From an uncultured Verrucomicrobiae bacterium (lineage in GTDB: Bacteria > Verrucomicrobiota > Verrucomicrobiia > Chthoniobacterales > Chthoniobacteraceae): 64,000 nt of DNA. Both the position numbers and the translations under genes were made by a program. The stretch lies in NCBI GenBank assembly GCA_963836755.1, contig CAWIKF010000002.1, positions 1,088,001 to 1,152,000 of the forward strand, given 5' to 3'. The notes under the pieces are model-generated. The model was given only the letters and a program-made list of their open reading frames with translations, ran no database searches and was not told the DNA's origin. Shown piece after piece: positions 1 through 10,460 of this stretch; the stretch's first letter is position 1, and each line of letters starts with the position of its first letter.

Positions 1-591
1 TTTCTCGCGGCCTTTTACGAGAAAACAGACATGGCGCGCGGCGTTGATCAGCGGATAGGTGAAAGTGATGCGGTCCGCGGAAAATTTCGGAACAAAGTTC
101 GCGACGACATTTTTTTCCGTTTCGGAAAGTGCGGCGGTGTCGGGAAAAAGCGATGCGGTGTGGCCGTCGGGGCCGAGGCCGAGCAGCAACAAATCGTGCA
201 CGTAACGCGGCTCGGCATTTTTTGCGGCAGCGGCGGCGAGGTCTTTTTCGTAATCCTCGGCGGCGGCGTCGGGAGCGAGTTCGCCGCGAATCCGCAGCAC
301 ATTTTCACGCGGGATTTTGACTGCATCGAGCAGTGATTCCTTCGCCATTTTATAATTGCTCTGCGCATCGTCCGGCGGAACGCAGCGTTCGTCGCCAAAC
401 GTGCAGACGACGCGATCCCACGGCAAATCGATGCGCGCGAGCTGCGCGTAAATTTCTCGCGGGGTGTTGCCGCCGGAAAGCGCGATGCGAAAAACCTCAC
501 GCTGCGCGACAGCTCCTCGCGCGCTCTCGACGATGAGGCGCAGCGCATCGTCGATGAATGCACTGCTGTGAATGACGCGTGGTTTTTCCAT
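1..591 (-). CDS. pgl: 6-phosphogluconolactonase (3' end runs off the window)
   Basis: Not in the ORF track. Manual translation from ATG 591: MEKPRVIHSS...FRIALSGGNTP...FGDERCVPPDDAQSNY...RHVCFLVKGREK, typical Pgl motifs. Confidence 0.9.
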   Translation of the reverse strand, partial: MEKPRVIHSSAFIDDALRLIVESARGAVAQREVFRIALSGGNTPREIYAQLARIDLPWDRVVCTFGDERCVPPDDAQSNYKMAKESLLDAVKIPRENVLRIRGELAPDAAAEDYEKDLAAAAAKNAEPRYVHDLLLLGLGPDGHTASLFPDTAALSETEKNVVANFVPKFSADRITFTYPLINAARHVCFLVKGREK

Positions 592-593
592 GG

Positions 594-1331
594 CTACATC
601 ACCATTCCTCCGTCGACGGTCAGGCACTGGCCGGTGATATATTTCGCCTCGGCGCTCGCGAGGAATGCGACCGCTGCCGCGATGTCCTCGGGATCGCCGA
701 ATTTGCCGAGCGGGATGCCGCCGAGGACCGCGGACTTTATTTGCTCCGGTAAAACATCCGTCATGTCCGTGGCGATGAACCCGGGCGCGACGACATTGAC
801 CGTGATGTTCCGACTCGCGAGTTCGCGCGCGAGCGATTTTGAGAGCCCGAGCAGCCCGGCTTTGCTTGCCGCGTAATTCGCCTGGCCCGCGTTGCCGGTG
901 AGTCCGCTGACGGACGAAATATTGACGATTCTGCCGGCGCGCGCCTTCACCATCGGGCGCATGACGCCTTGCATGAAATTGAATGCGCCTTTCAAATTTG
1001 CGTCGAGCACCGTGTCCCAATCCTCCTCGCTCATCCGCATCGCGAGGCCGTCGCGCGTGAGGCCGGCGTTGTTCACCAAAACATCGACGCGCCCGAAGTC
1101 GGCGAGGATTTGCTGGCACGTCGCGGCGACGGCTTTCGTGTCGGCGACATCGACTGCGTAACCTTTTGCGCCATCGGCCGGCAAGGCTGATACAGCTTGA
1201 GCGGAGCTCGCATCGGAGCGGCTGATGGCGGCGATTTTCGCACCTTCGCTGGCGAGACGTTTGGCAATGGCGAGACCGATCCCGCGGCTGGCGCCGGTGA
1301 CGATGGCGACTTGGTTTTCAAAGCGTTTCAT
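594..1331 (-). CDS. fabG: 3-oxoacyl-ACP reductase
   Basis: TGASRGIG, NNAGLTRD, YAASKAG, VDGGM. Start trimmed to MKRFENQ. Confidence 0.93.
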   Translation of the reverse strand: MKRFENQVAIVTGASRGIGLAIAKRLASEGAKIAAISRSDASSAQAVSALPADGAKGYAVDVADTKAVAATCQQILADFGRVDVLVNNAGLTRDGLAMRMSEEDWDTVLDANLKGAFNFMQGVMRPMVKARAGRIVNISSVSGLTGNAGQANYAASKAGLLGLSKSLARELASRNITVNVVAPGFIATDMTDVLPEQIKSAVLGGIPLGKFGDPEDIAAAVAFLASAEAKYITGQCLTVDGGMVM

Positions 1332-1507
1332 GGGGTTTTGATTTTGCGCCTCGCGCGTTCCGCGCGTCGAGACGTTTGCACTTTTCTCCGGAGAATTCTT
1401 CGCGATCAAAGTCCGCGAGAGCTCCTGCGACCGGCAGCGCAGCAATCTTTTTTGAGGCTGACAAATGCGAGACGGCGCGACAAAGTCGTCAGCGGTTCTC
1501 CTCCCTT

Positions 1508-2800
1508 ATGATGGCAAACACTGTTCCTACCGCCGCCAGTCAAACTCTCGCGATCATCATGGGCGGCGGCGCCGGGACGCGGCTTTTTCCTTTGACGAAA
1601 GACCGCTCGAAACCGGCGGTGCCGCTCGGCGGCAAATACCGCATCGTCGACATCCCGATTTCGAATTGCATCAACTCGGGACTGCGGCACATGTATGTTT
1701 TAACGCAGTTTAACAGCACGTCGCTCATCCGTCATATCGCCGCGAGCTACAAGTTCGACCATTTCTCGCGCAGCTTCGTGGAAATTCTTGCCGCGCAGCA
1801 GACGCCGAGCGGCTCGGAATGGTATCAGGGCACGGCCGACGCGGTGCGCAAGAACATGGAGGATTTTCTGCAGCGGCCTTACGAATATTACATCATTCTC
1901 AGCGGCGATCAGCTTTACCGGATGGATTACCGGCTCGTGCTCGCGCAGCACATCGAGAAAAAAAGCGACATCACCATCGCGACGATTCCCGTGGATCGGC
2001 GTGCGGCGATGGACTTTGGAATCATGCACACCGATGCGGATCGGAAGATCATTCAGTTTGAAGAAAAACCGAAAGATCCGGCGCTGCTCGATGAGCTGAA
2101 AATTCCTCGAGAGCTGCTCCAGGACCTCGGCAAAGGCAAGGACGAGGAATTGTATCAAGCCTCGATGGGCATCTACATTTTCAACCGCGACGCGCTCATC
2201 GATGCGCTCGATAATCACTACGATGATTTCGGCAAACACATCCTGCCGACCTCGATCAAAACGAAGGCGGTGCACGCCTATATTTTCCAGGGCTACTGGG
2301 AAGACATCGGCACGATTCGCGCGTTTTTTGACGCGAATCTCAATCTGACGAACCCGATGCCGCAGTATTCTTTTTTCGACACGGTCGCGCCTGTTTACAC
2401 GCATGCGCGATTCTTGCCCGCGAGCAAAGTCAACGGCGCGACGATCAAGCAGGCGATCATTTCCGACGGCTGCATCATTTCCGACGCGCATCTCGAGCGC
2501 TGCGTGGTCGGCGTCCGCAGCTACATCGGCAGCGGCACAAAGATCCGGCAATCGATCGTGATGGGCGCCGATTTCTACGACGCGTCGAAGGAAAAACAAA
2601 GCGGTCTGCCGGACATCGGCATCGGTCGCAATTGCGTGATCGATCACGCAATCATCGACAAAAATGCACGCATCGGAAATGGCGTCGTCATCACGCCCGA
2701 AGGGAAGCCGGAAAAATTCGACGGTGAGAATTTTTACATCCGCGATGGGATCGTGATCGTGCCGAAAAATGCAAGCATCCCCGACGGCACCTCGATTTAG
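1508..2800 (+). CDS. glgC: glucose-1-phosphate adenylyltransferase
   Basis: GGGAGTRLFPLT, KPAVPLGGKYRIVD, WYQGTADAV, YWEDIGTI, C-terminal beta-helix. Confidence 0.95.
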   Translation: MMANTVPTAASQTLAIIMGGGAGTRLFPLTKDRSKPAVPLGGKYRIVDIPISNCINSGLRHMYVLTQFNSTSLIRHIAASYKFDHFSRSFVEILAAQQTPSGSEWYQGTADAVRKNMEDFLQRPYEYYIILSGDQLYRMDYRLVLAQHIEKKSDITIATIPVDRRAAMDFGIMHTDADRKIIQFEEKPKDPALLDELKIPRELLQDLGKGKDEELYQASMGIYIFNRDALIDALDNHYDDFGKHILPTSIKTKAVHAYIFQGYWEDIGTIRAFFDANLNLTNPMPQYSFFDTVAPVYTHARFLPASKVNGATIKQAIISDGCIISDAHLERCVVGVRSYIGSGTKIRQSIVMGADFYDASKEKQSGLPDIGIGRNCVIDHAIIDKNARIGNGVVITPEGKPEKFDGENFYIRDGIVIVPKNASIPDGTSI

Positions 2801-4517
2801 CCGCCTGCAAAAATTGGTCTCGATCGGCGTCGGCGTCGCATTTTTTGGCGGCGTCGCGCTTGGCTACTTTGTTAACGCTGCGTCAACGGTCCGCGAAAAG
2901 CAGCGCGCGGCTGACATCGCAGCGAGCGAGAGCCACGGCGGCGGCGGGTCGGCGATCGCTCGGAATCAAAGTTCCGCATCCGCAACGCGCGAAAAAAACG
3001 CGGCCGATTTTCCGACGCGGCTGCACGAGGCGCTCAGCGGCAGCATGCGGAATCGGTGGGGCAGGATTTTTTCCATCGCCGATGATCTGAGCCCTGCCGA
3101 GGTGCGTGCCGCGCTTGCGGAAGTCGAGAAACTGCACATGACTGAGCGGCCCTTTATCATTGGCCAACTGCTGGCGCGCTGGGCCGAGCAAGATCCGAAA
3201 GCCGCGCTCGCTTATGCGAATGCGATCACGAAAAGCAACGAACGCCAGGAAGCGCTCGCCTCGGTGGTCGGTGGCTGGGCGGATAAAGATCCGAAGGCCG
3301 CGCAGGCATGGGCAACGGCGCTTCCGCCAGGTCAAATGCGCGATGGCGTTTGCCAGGCGCTCATCGGTGCGTTCGCGGCGAGCGATCCCGAGCAGGCGTT
3401 GAAACTGTTGGAAACGGGCTCGCTGCGCATGCAGACGTCGAGCGTGTATATGATTTTTAGCACTTGGGCGGGCCGCGATCCCGATGCGGCTGCGGCGCGC
3501 GCGGCTTTGCTCACTGGCAGCGCGCGCCGCAACGCGATCAACGTTGTGGCCACCGCGTGGGCAGCGTCGGATGTGCCGGCCGCGTTGGCATGGGCGCAAA
3601 ATCTCACCGATGGCGAAGGCCGCCGCGACGCGCTCTCGACTGTGGCGCAGCAATGGGCGCAAACCGATCCGCAGGCTGCGACTGAGTTTGCCGCAAAATT
3701 GCCGACCGGCTCGGCGACGCAGGTGATGGCGAGCACGTTGTCCACGTGGGCCAACTCTGATTTAAAAAGTGCGCTTGATTGGATTAACGATCTGCCCGAC
3801 AGCGCGCAGAAAACAAATGTGCTCCAGCAAATGAGCTACCGCGGAATGCAGGACCCGTCCCGCGCGTTGCAGATCGCGCAGCTCATGCCGCCCGGAACTT
3901 CGCAGGATAACGTGCTGCGCAATGTCGCGAGCAATTGGATCCAGACCGATCCGACTGGCGCGATGGCTTGGGCGCAACAACAAACCGATGATCATGTGCG
4001 GCAAATGATCTGGCCCTCCATCGCCGCCGGACTTGCGCAAAGTGATCCACTCGCCGCCGTCAAAATTGCGCAATCGCTCACCGCAGGGCAGGAGCGCGAA
4101 AATGCCACCGGCAACGTCCTTTCCACATGGGCGGAAAACGATCCGACAGCGGCGATGAACTGGACGCTGCAGCAAATGCCCGATGGACGGCAAAAAAACG
4201 CATCGGTGGGCCAGGTCATTTCGACCTGGGCGCGCAATGACATCACCGGCGCCGAGCAATTCATCGCCAAGCTGCCCGCCGGCGAGATGCGCGACGATTC
4301 GCTGCGCTCGGCGAGTTTTCAATTCATGAGCAGCGATCCCGCGACGGCCGCGCAATTCATCGCTGGAATCGGTGATGAGAAAGCGCGCACGATGCAATAC
4401 GAAAATCTCGCGCGAAACTGGCTGCGCACCGATCCGCAAAACGCGCTCGCCTGGATTTCTCAATCTCCGCTTCCCGCCGAGACGAAGGAACGTCTCGCAA
4501 AAGAGGCGCCACACTAA
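2769..4517 (+). CDS. membrane-anchored alpha-solenoid repeat protein (WxxxDPxxA repeats), start uncertain
   Basis: N-terminal hydrophobic segment, then about 14 repeats such as WAEQDPKAAL, WADKDPKAAQ, WAQTDPQAAT, WAENDPTAAM, WLRTDPQNAL. Confidence 0.8.
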   Translation: MQASPTAPRFSRLQKLVSIGVGVAFFGGVALGYFVNAASTVREKQRAADIAASESHGGGGSAIARNQSSASATREKNAADFPTRLHEALSGSMRNRWGRIFSIADDLSPAEVRAALAEVEKLHMTERPFIIGQLLARWAEQDPKAALAYANAITKSNERQEALASVVGGWADKDPKAAQAWATALPPGQMRDGVCQALIGAFAASDPEQALKLLETGSLRMQTSSVYMIFSTWAGRDPDAAAARAALLTGSARRNAINVVATAWAASDVPAALAWAQNLTDGEGRRDALSTVAQQWAQTDPQAATEFAAKLPTGSATQVMASTLSTWANSDLKSALDWINDLPDSAQKTNVLQQMSYRGMQDPSRALQIAQLMPPGTSQDNVLRNVASNWIQTDPTGAMAWAQQQTDDHVRQMIWPSIAAGLAQSDPLAAVKIAQSLTAGQERENATGNVLSTWAENDPTAAMNWTLQQMPDGRQKNASVGQVISTWARNDITGAEQFIAKLPAGEMRDDSLRSASFQFMSSDPATAAQFIAGIGDEKARTMQYENLARNWLRTDPQNALAWISQSPLPAETKERLAKEAPH

Positions 4518-4521
4518 AATT

Positions 4522-5346
4522 TTAGCGCGGCAGGATCGCGATGTAATTGCGGACGTTCACGTTTGGATTCCCGATGTCCGAAGTGTCGCGGCCACGAATC
4601 CACATCCCGGTGGACGAGCCGCCGTCGAGATTAAGCGCGCGATCGACGGCGTGCGTTCCCGTTCGCAAGCGCGTGGCGAGGATTTCCGCAAACTCGGCGA
4701 GCGTCACCGGCTCGCACACGACCAGCCTATACACATCGGCCACATCTCCTTCATTGCCGCTGCATTTGCTGAAAATCACCGCGGTCCGCCGCGCGCTTCG
4801 CACGTCATTCAAACCGGCGATGACTTCTCCATGCTCCACTAAAAACGGCCCGGCTTGCAGCGCATCGGTCAGTTTTTGACGCGACGAATATTCACCCGAC
4901 CGCAGCAGAGAAATGTGGCTCTGACCAATTGCGAGGACGCCGCTGAGCAGCTTTGCGCGTTCAAAAGGATGCACCAACTTTTCTGCGCTGATCTCCAGCC
5001 CGAGCGGCGTTCGATCGGGATGAAAAAATCCGCCGTTCACACCTGCCAATGCGCCACGTTTTTGCATCGCAGCCGACAGCGTCTCGTCGCCACGCGGATT
5101 ATCGATCACCGCCAGCCGTCCTTCGTCCACGCTGAAATGGATGGATCGCAAACGGACCACGTTGCCGGTAGCGCGATTCAAAAGCGTCTGTGTCGTCGGG
5201 AAAACCGTGTGCGGAGCAGGCTTGTCGAGATCTTCATACTGGTGCTGCTCTTCCTCCCAGATGCCACCGCCCGCAGCCTCCACGCGCCGATTTCCCGCAG
5301 CACAAAAAACAAGAACGCACGCCAGCCTGACGAACCGCTTTCGCAC
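4522..5346 (-). CDS. phosphodiester glycosidase (NAGPA/DUF2233-like) family protein
   Basis: GVNGGFF, LQAGPFLV, ARRTAV, ALNLDGGSSTGM. Signal-like N-terminus from GTG 5346. Confidence 0.8.
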   Translation of the reverse strand: MRKRFVRLACVLVFCAAGNRRVEAAGGGIWEEEQHQYEDLDKPAPHTVFPTTQTLLNRATGNVVRLRSIHFSVDEGRLAVIDNPRGDETLSAAMQKRGALAGVNGGFFHPDRTPLGLEISAEKLVHPFERAKLLSGVLAIGQSHISLLRSGEYSSRQKLTDALQAGPFLVEHGEVIAGLNDVRSARRTAVIFSKCSGNEGDVADVYRLVVCEPVTLAEFAEILATRLRTGTHAVDRALNLDGGSSTGMWIRGRDTSDIGNPNVNVRNYIAILPR

Positions 5347-5385
5347 TTGCCCAAGTTTCACCGCGCTTTGATACTGGACGCCGCC

Positions 5386-6387
5386 ATGATTGTCACCACT
5401 GCCGACCTTTACAGAGTCGCCTACGGCAAGTTCGCCATCGGCGCTTACAACATAAACAACGCCGAGCAAACCATCGGCTTGTTCCGCGGCTGCATCGAGA
5501 GCAAGGCGCCGTTCATCATCCAGCTTTCCAAAGGCGCGCGCAAATATACCGACAAACGCATGCTCGAGGCGATCATCCGCTCGGCCATCGAGATTTTTCC
5601 CGACGCGATTTTCGCGGTGCATCTCGATCATGGCGACGAGGAATCATGCTACGACTGCATCGAGAGCGGCTTTTACAGCTCCGTCATGATCGACGCGTCG
5701 CACGATCCGTTTGACGAAAATATCGCGATCACGAAACGCGTAGTCGACCGCGCGCACGCCCGCGGCATCAGCGTCGAGGCCGAGCTCGGCCAGCTCGGCG
5801 GCGTCGAGGAAGACATCGCGGTGGACGAGGGCAACGCTTGTTTGACAAACCCAGACGAAGTCGTGGAATTCATCCAGCGCACCGGCTGCGATTCCCTCGC
5901 AGCGGCCATTGGCACCAGCCACGGCGCGTATAAATTCAAAGGCCAGCAAAGTTTGCATTTCCACGTCATCGAAGCGATTCGCGACAAAATTAAAGCCGCC
6001 AGTTTGCCGCCGACGCCGATCGTCATGCATGGCTCCTCGAGCGTGCCGAAAAGCGAAGTCGAGCGGATCAACGCCGCTGGTGGAAAGCTCGACCCGAGCG
6101 CGTGCGGCGTGAACGAAGACGAATATTTACCCGCGGCGAAACTCGGCGTGACGAAGATCAACATCGACACCGATGGCCGGCTCGTCTGGACGCGCGTGCA
6201 TCGCGAATTTTTCCGCGATCATCCGGCGGAATTTGATTTCCGCCCGCCCGGCAAAATCTTCATGGACGAATACGCGAGCTTCATCGCGCACAAAAACGAA
6301 AAGCTCGGCAGCGCCGGCAAACTTTCCGAAGTGCGCGAGTGGCTCGAAAAAAATCACGGCCACGCAAAATTCGCCGGTGTCGCCTAG
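5386..6387 (+). CDS. fba: class II fructose-bisphosphate aldolase
   Basis: VHLDHG, SVMIDASH, VEAELG, AIGTSHG, VMHGSS, KINIDTD. Confidence 0.93.
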   Translation: MIVTTADLYRVAYGKFAIGAYNINNAEQTIGLFRGCIESKAPFIIQLSKGARKYTDKRMLEAIIRSAIEIFPDAIFAVHLDHGDEESCYDCIESGFYSSVMIDASHDPFDENIAITKRVVDRAHARGISVEAELGQLGGVEEDIAVDEGNACLTNPDEVVEFIQRTGCDSLAAAIGTSHGAYKFKGQQSLHFHVIEAIRDKIKAASLPPTPIVMHGSSSVPKSEVERINAAGGKLDPSACGVNEDEYLPAAKLGVTKINIDTDGRLVWTRVHREFFRDHPAEFDFRPPGKIFMDEYASFIAHKNEKLGSAGKLSEVREWLEKNHGHAKFAGVA

Positions 6388-7070
6388 CGCAGCTCAGCGA
6401 TGATTTTTTCGGCCGCCGCGCGCGGGTCCGCATGCGCGGTGATCGGCCGGCCGATGACGAGATAATTGGCGCCCGCGTCCACCGCTGCTCGCGGCGTCAT
6501 CATGCGCTGCTGGTCATTTGCAGCGGCCCATTCCGGCCGAACGCCCGGCGTCACGAGCGTTAACTTTTGTGCAAAAACCTGACGCAGCAGCGAAACTTCC
6601 TGCGGGCTGGCGACAACGCCACGCAAACCGTTATCCACAGCAAGCCGCGCGAGCCGCAACACCTGATCCTCGACCGAAGTTTCGATCGAGATCTCGTGCA
6701 ATGTTTCGCGCGTGCTGCTCGTCAAAACGCTGACGCCGAGCACGAGCGTCTCGCCAGCCGCTTCCGCTGCGGCGCTGATCATTTTCGCGCCGCCGCACAA
6801 GTGGATCGTGAGCATGTCGACGCCGAGCGCGCAGGCGGATTCGACCGCGTGCCGCACCGTGTTCGGGATGTCGTGAAACTTCAGATCGAGAAAAACTTTT
6901 GCGCCAGTTTGTTTCACGAGCTGCAAAACCGAAGGCCCGCACTTGGTGAAAAGCTGCAGCCCAATCTTGTAAATGCGAATGCTGTCGCCGAGTTGATCGA
7001 TCAATCGCGTCGCCGATTCCGCATCCGGCACGTCGAGCGCGACGATGATTTTTTCCGCCGCGCTTTTCAA
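6384..7070 (-). CDS. pyrF: orotidine-5'-phosphate decarboxylase
   Basis: IVALD, FLDLKFHDIPNT, TPGVRP, VIGRPIT. TTG start. Confidence 0.95.
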   Translation of the reverse strand: MKSAAEKIIVALDVPDAESATRLIDQLGDSIRIYKIGLQLFTKCGPSVLQLVKQTGAKVFLDLKFHDIPNTVRHAVESACALGVDMLTIHLCGGAKMISAAAEAAGETLVLGVSVLTSSTRETLHEISIETSVEDQVLRLARLAVDNGLRGVVASPQEVSLLRQVFAQKLTLVTPGVRPEWAAANDQQRMMTPRAAVDAGANYLVIGRPITAHADPRAAAEKIIAELR

Positions 7071-7094
7071 ATTTGGCTTCGCACTCCGGGCTGA

Positions 7095-7556
7095 TTAGTG
7101 CCCTGAAAGCGGCTGACCTTCTTCGTTCAGCAGCAGCTTGTGGCTTTTGCCGCCGGCATTCACGGTCACTTCAAACACTGTGCCGCCGACCTTTTCGACT
7201 TTCGTGAAATGCGAAATTTTTCCATCCGGGAACTTTTTCTTCATTGCCTCTTTCACCTGCGCCGGCGCGTCCTCCGGCGAAAGTCGATGCTCGGTCTGAA
7301 TCAATTTTCCCGTCTCTGAAATCACGATCGCCATCTTTTCGTCGTTCCGCCGAAACTCGACTTCGTAAGCGCGCTTGCCGCCTTCAAATGTGTCCTCAAC
7401 CTCCTCAACCTTCAGTTTGCCGACCAGCGCGCGGGCCGTTTTTTGGACTGCCGGCGGCAGGCTCCTGAGATCATCTTCCTCGGCCAAGACGTTTCCGGCT
7501 GAGCAAAAAACGAGTGCCGCAAAAACGGCGTTGCGCGAGGCGGAGAGAACTTTCAT
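7095..7556 (-). CDS. secreted PepSY-like (BLIP-like) repeat protein
   Basis: Signal peptide, two similar units (LPPAVQKT...YEVEF; APAQVKEAM...FEVTV). Confidence 0.65.
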   Translation of the reverse strand: MKVLSASRNAVFAALVFCSAGNVLAEEDDLRSLPPAVQKTARALVGKLKVEEVEDTFEGGKRAYEVEFRRNDEKMAIVISETGKLIQTEHRLSPEDAPAQVKEAMKKKFPDGKISHFTKVEKVGGTVFEVTVNAGGKSHKLLLNEEGQPLSGH

Positions 7557-7661
7557 TAGACTGGAAACTATTGCACGCCGGGCCGTTCAGCAAGCATCGC
7601 GCGCTCTTCGCGAGATACGGCTTTTTTCGCACCGGCATCCGATTTCGACCCGAAATTGCCG

Positions 7662-10460
7662 ATGAATCTACCAGACATCCCGAGCGCGACCTATCGCCTA
7701 CAATTTAACAAAGATTTTACGTTCGCCCAGGCGCGGAAGCTCATTCCGTATTTGCACGAGCTCGGAATCAGCCATCTTTATGCGTCGCCCTATTTTCAGG
7801 CGTCGCCCGACAGCCCGCATGGCTACGACATCTGCAACCATAACGAGCTGAATCCCGCGATCGGCTCGCGTGCGGAATACGACGCGATGGTGGCCGCGCT
7901 GCACGAGCATGGGATGAGGCAAATCGTCGACTTTGTGCCGAACCACATGGGCATCGCCGAGCCGCTTAACAAGTGGTGGATGGATGTTTTGGAAAACGGG
8001 CCGAGTTCGCGTTACGCGCCGTTTTTCGACATCGACTGGCACCCGCTGATGGAGGAATTGGAGAACAAAGTTTTACTGCCGATTCTCGGCGATCAATACG
8101 GGCGGATTTTGGAAAAAGGGGATCTGAAGCTGATCTTCGAGCAGGGCGCATTTTTTCTGACATATTTCGCCGCGAAGCTCCCGCTCACTCCGCGCAGCTA
8201 TGGCGCGATCCTCAGCCGCGCGATCGACAAAATGAGCGGGCGTTATGCGACGCAGGATTTTTTTCTTGAGCTGCAAAGCATCCTCACTGCGGCCGAGCAT
8301 CTGCCGCGGCGCACGGACGTGGAGGAGGACAAGGTTCTCGAGCGGGCGCGCGAAAAGGAGATGGTCAAAAAACGGCTTGAGCGCCTTTGCAATGAATGTC
8401 CGCAGGTTGCCACCGCGATTGACGAGACGCTTCACGAATTTGCCGGCCAGCCGGGCAATGCGCGGAGTTTTGACGCGCTTGACGCGCTCATCGATGCGCA
8501 GCCTTACCGGCTTAGTTTCTGGCGCGTGGCGGCGGAGGAAATCAACTACCGCCGTTTTTTCGACATCAATACGCTTGCCGCGCTGCGGATGGAATTGCCG
8601 GAAGTTTTCGATGCCGCGCACGTGCTGATTTTCGAGCTGCTGAAAAGCGGAGCCGTCAGCGGACTGCGCATCGACCATGTTGACGGTCTGTTAAACCCGC
8701 GTGAATATCTGGAAAAGTTGCAAATCGCCTTTGCGGAGCGCGCCGACACCGCGGCGACGGAGCAGCCGCTCTATTTGCTCGTCGAAAAAATTCTGCTCGG
8801 GGACGAGCGGCTGCGCGCCGACTGGCCGGTGCACGGCACGACCGGCTACGATTTTACAAACCAGCTCATTTCGCTTTTCGTCGATCGCGCCGCAGAGCGC
8901 TCTTTCACCGAGACGTATCATAAATTCATCGGTGGCAGCGTCAACTTCGGCGATTTGGTTTACCAAAAAAAACAGCTCACGATGCAGCTTTCGCTCGCGA
9001 GCGAAATCAACGTGCTCGGCCACATGCTTAACCGCCTGTCCGAGCGCAACCGCTGGTATCGCGACTTCACGCTCGGCGCGCTCACCACCGCCGTGCGCGA
9101 GGTGATCGCCTGCTTCCCGGTCTATCGCACTTACCTCGAGCCGGGCCGCGAGACGAGCGACGCCGGCCGGAAAGTTTTGTCGACCGCAGTCGCAGCGGCG
9201 AAGCGGCGCAACGCGGGCATCGAGACATCGATCTTCGATTTTCTCCACGAGATTTTGCTGATGAAATTTCCCGCGAACATTGATGACGAGGCCCGCGCGG
9301 AGCACCAGCGCTTCGTGATGAAATTCCAGCAATGCACCGGGCCGATCATGGCGAAAGGCCTCGAGGACACCGCATTCTACATCTATAACCGGCTCGTCGC
9401 GCTCAACGAAGTCGGCGGCGAGCCGCAGCATTTCGGCGCCTCTCGCGAGACGCTGCACCAGCAAAATGCGGCGCGCCAAAAAGATTTTCCGCACGCGATG
9501 CTGGCCACTTCGACGCACGACACAAAACGTAGCGAAGACGTTCGCGCGCGGCTCGCGGCGTTGTCGGAAATCCCGGCGGAATGGCGTCGCGCGCTCGTGC
9601 GCTGGCGCTCCTTGAATCGCAGGCACGCAGCGGAGGTCGGCGGCGAATCGGCGCCAGACGCGAACGAAGAATATCTGCTTTACCAAACGCTGCTCGGCAC
9701 GTGGCCATTCGACGGGAAGCCCGATGAACACTACATCCCGCGCATCCAGGACTACATGACGAAGGCGATCAAGGAGGCGAAAGTCAACAGCAGTTGGATC
9801 CAGCCGAACGAAGCGTGGGACGACGCGGTGCGCAACTTCATCGCGAAAATCTTGGATCCTTCGCGGCGCAATCGGTTCATCGAAAACTTTGCTCCGCTCG
9901 CCGAAAAACTTGCGCAGCTCGGTGCGGTAAATTCGCTGAGCCAGACATTGATCAAGCTCACTGCTCCCGGCGTTCCCGACATTTATCAAGGCATGGAAAC
10001 TTGGGATTTTTCGCTGGTCGATCCGGACAATCGCCGGCCGGTTGATTACGATTTGCGAGCGCGGCAACTCGAGTCGTTCAAAGACGGCGCTTCACCCGCG
10101 GAGCTTCTTCAACAGTGGACTGACGGGCGAATCAAAAGTTTTCTCACGCAAAAAGTGCTGCAGTTTCGGCGGGAGAATTTCGCGCTTTTCGCGCACGGCG
10201 ATTACGTGCCGGTTGAAAGCACAGGCGCCTTTGCGGAAAATGTTTTCGCGTTCACGCGCCGCCACGAAAATCGGACGCTTCTCGTCATCGCCCCGCGGTT
10301 GACGGCGCGGATCGGGTTTCCGCCGGTCGGCGAACTTTGGCGCGATACCGCGGTGAATTTCCAAGGCGAAAACCTGCGCGACATTTTTACCGGCAATGCC
10401 TTCAAACCCGCTCTGGCAGAGGCTTTGCGCGAACTGCCATTCGCGGCTTTTGCTGGTTAA
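7662..10460 (+). CDS. treY: malto-oligosyltrehalose synthase
   Basis: ATYRLQFN, HGYD, DFVPNHM, INYRRFFDIN, GLRIDHVDGL, STHDTKRSED, SLVDPDNRRPVDY. Confidence 0.95.
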   Translation: MNLPDIPSATYRLQFNKDFTFAQARKLIPYLHELGISHLYASPYFQASPDSPHGYDICNHNELNPAIGSRAEYDAMVAALHEHGMRQIVDFVPNHMGIAEPLNKWWMDVLENGPSSRYAPFFDIDWHPLMEELENKVLLPILGDQYGRILEKGDLKLIFEQGAFFLTYFAAKLPLTPRSYGAILSRAIDKMSGRYATQDFFLELQSILTAAEHLPRRTDVEEDKVLERAREKEMVKKRLERLCNECPQVATAIDETLHEFAGQPGNARSFDALDALIDAQPYRLSFWRVAAEEINYRRFFDINTLAALRMELPEVFDAAHVLIFELLKSGAVSGLRIDHVDGLLNPREYLEKLQIAFAERADTAATEQPLYLLVEKILLGDERLRADWPVHGTTGYDFTNQLISLFVDRAAERSFTETYHKFIGGSVNFGDLVYQKKQLTMQLSLASEINVLGHMLNRLSERNRWYRDFTLGALTTAVREVIACFPVYRTYLEPGRETSDAGRKVLSTAVAAAKRRNAGIETSIFDFLHEILLMKFPANIDDEARAEHQRFVMKFQQCTGPIMAKGLEDTAFYIYNRLVALNEVGGEPQHFGASRETLHQQNAARQKDFPHAMLATSTHDTKRSEDVRARLAALSEIPAEWRRALVRWRSLNRRHAAEVGGESAPDANEEYLLYQTLLGTWPFDGKPDEHYIPRIQDYMTKAIKEAKVNSSWIQPNEAWDDAVRNFIAKILDPSRRNRFIENFAPLAEKLAQLGAVNSLSQTLIKLTAPGVPDIYQGMETWDFSLVDPDNRRPVDYDLRARQLESFKDGASPAELLQQWTDGRIKSFLTQKVLQFRRENFALFAHGDYVPVESTGAFAENVFAFTRRHENRTLLVIAPRLTARIGFPPVGELWRDTAVNFQGENLRDIFTGNAFKPALAEALRELPFAAFAG

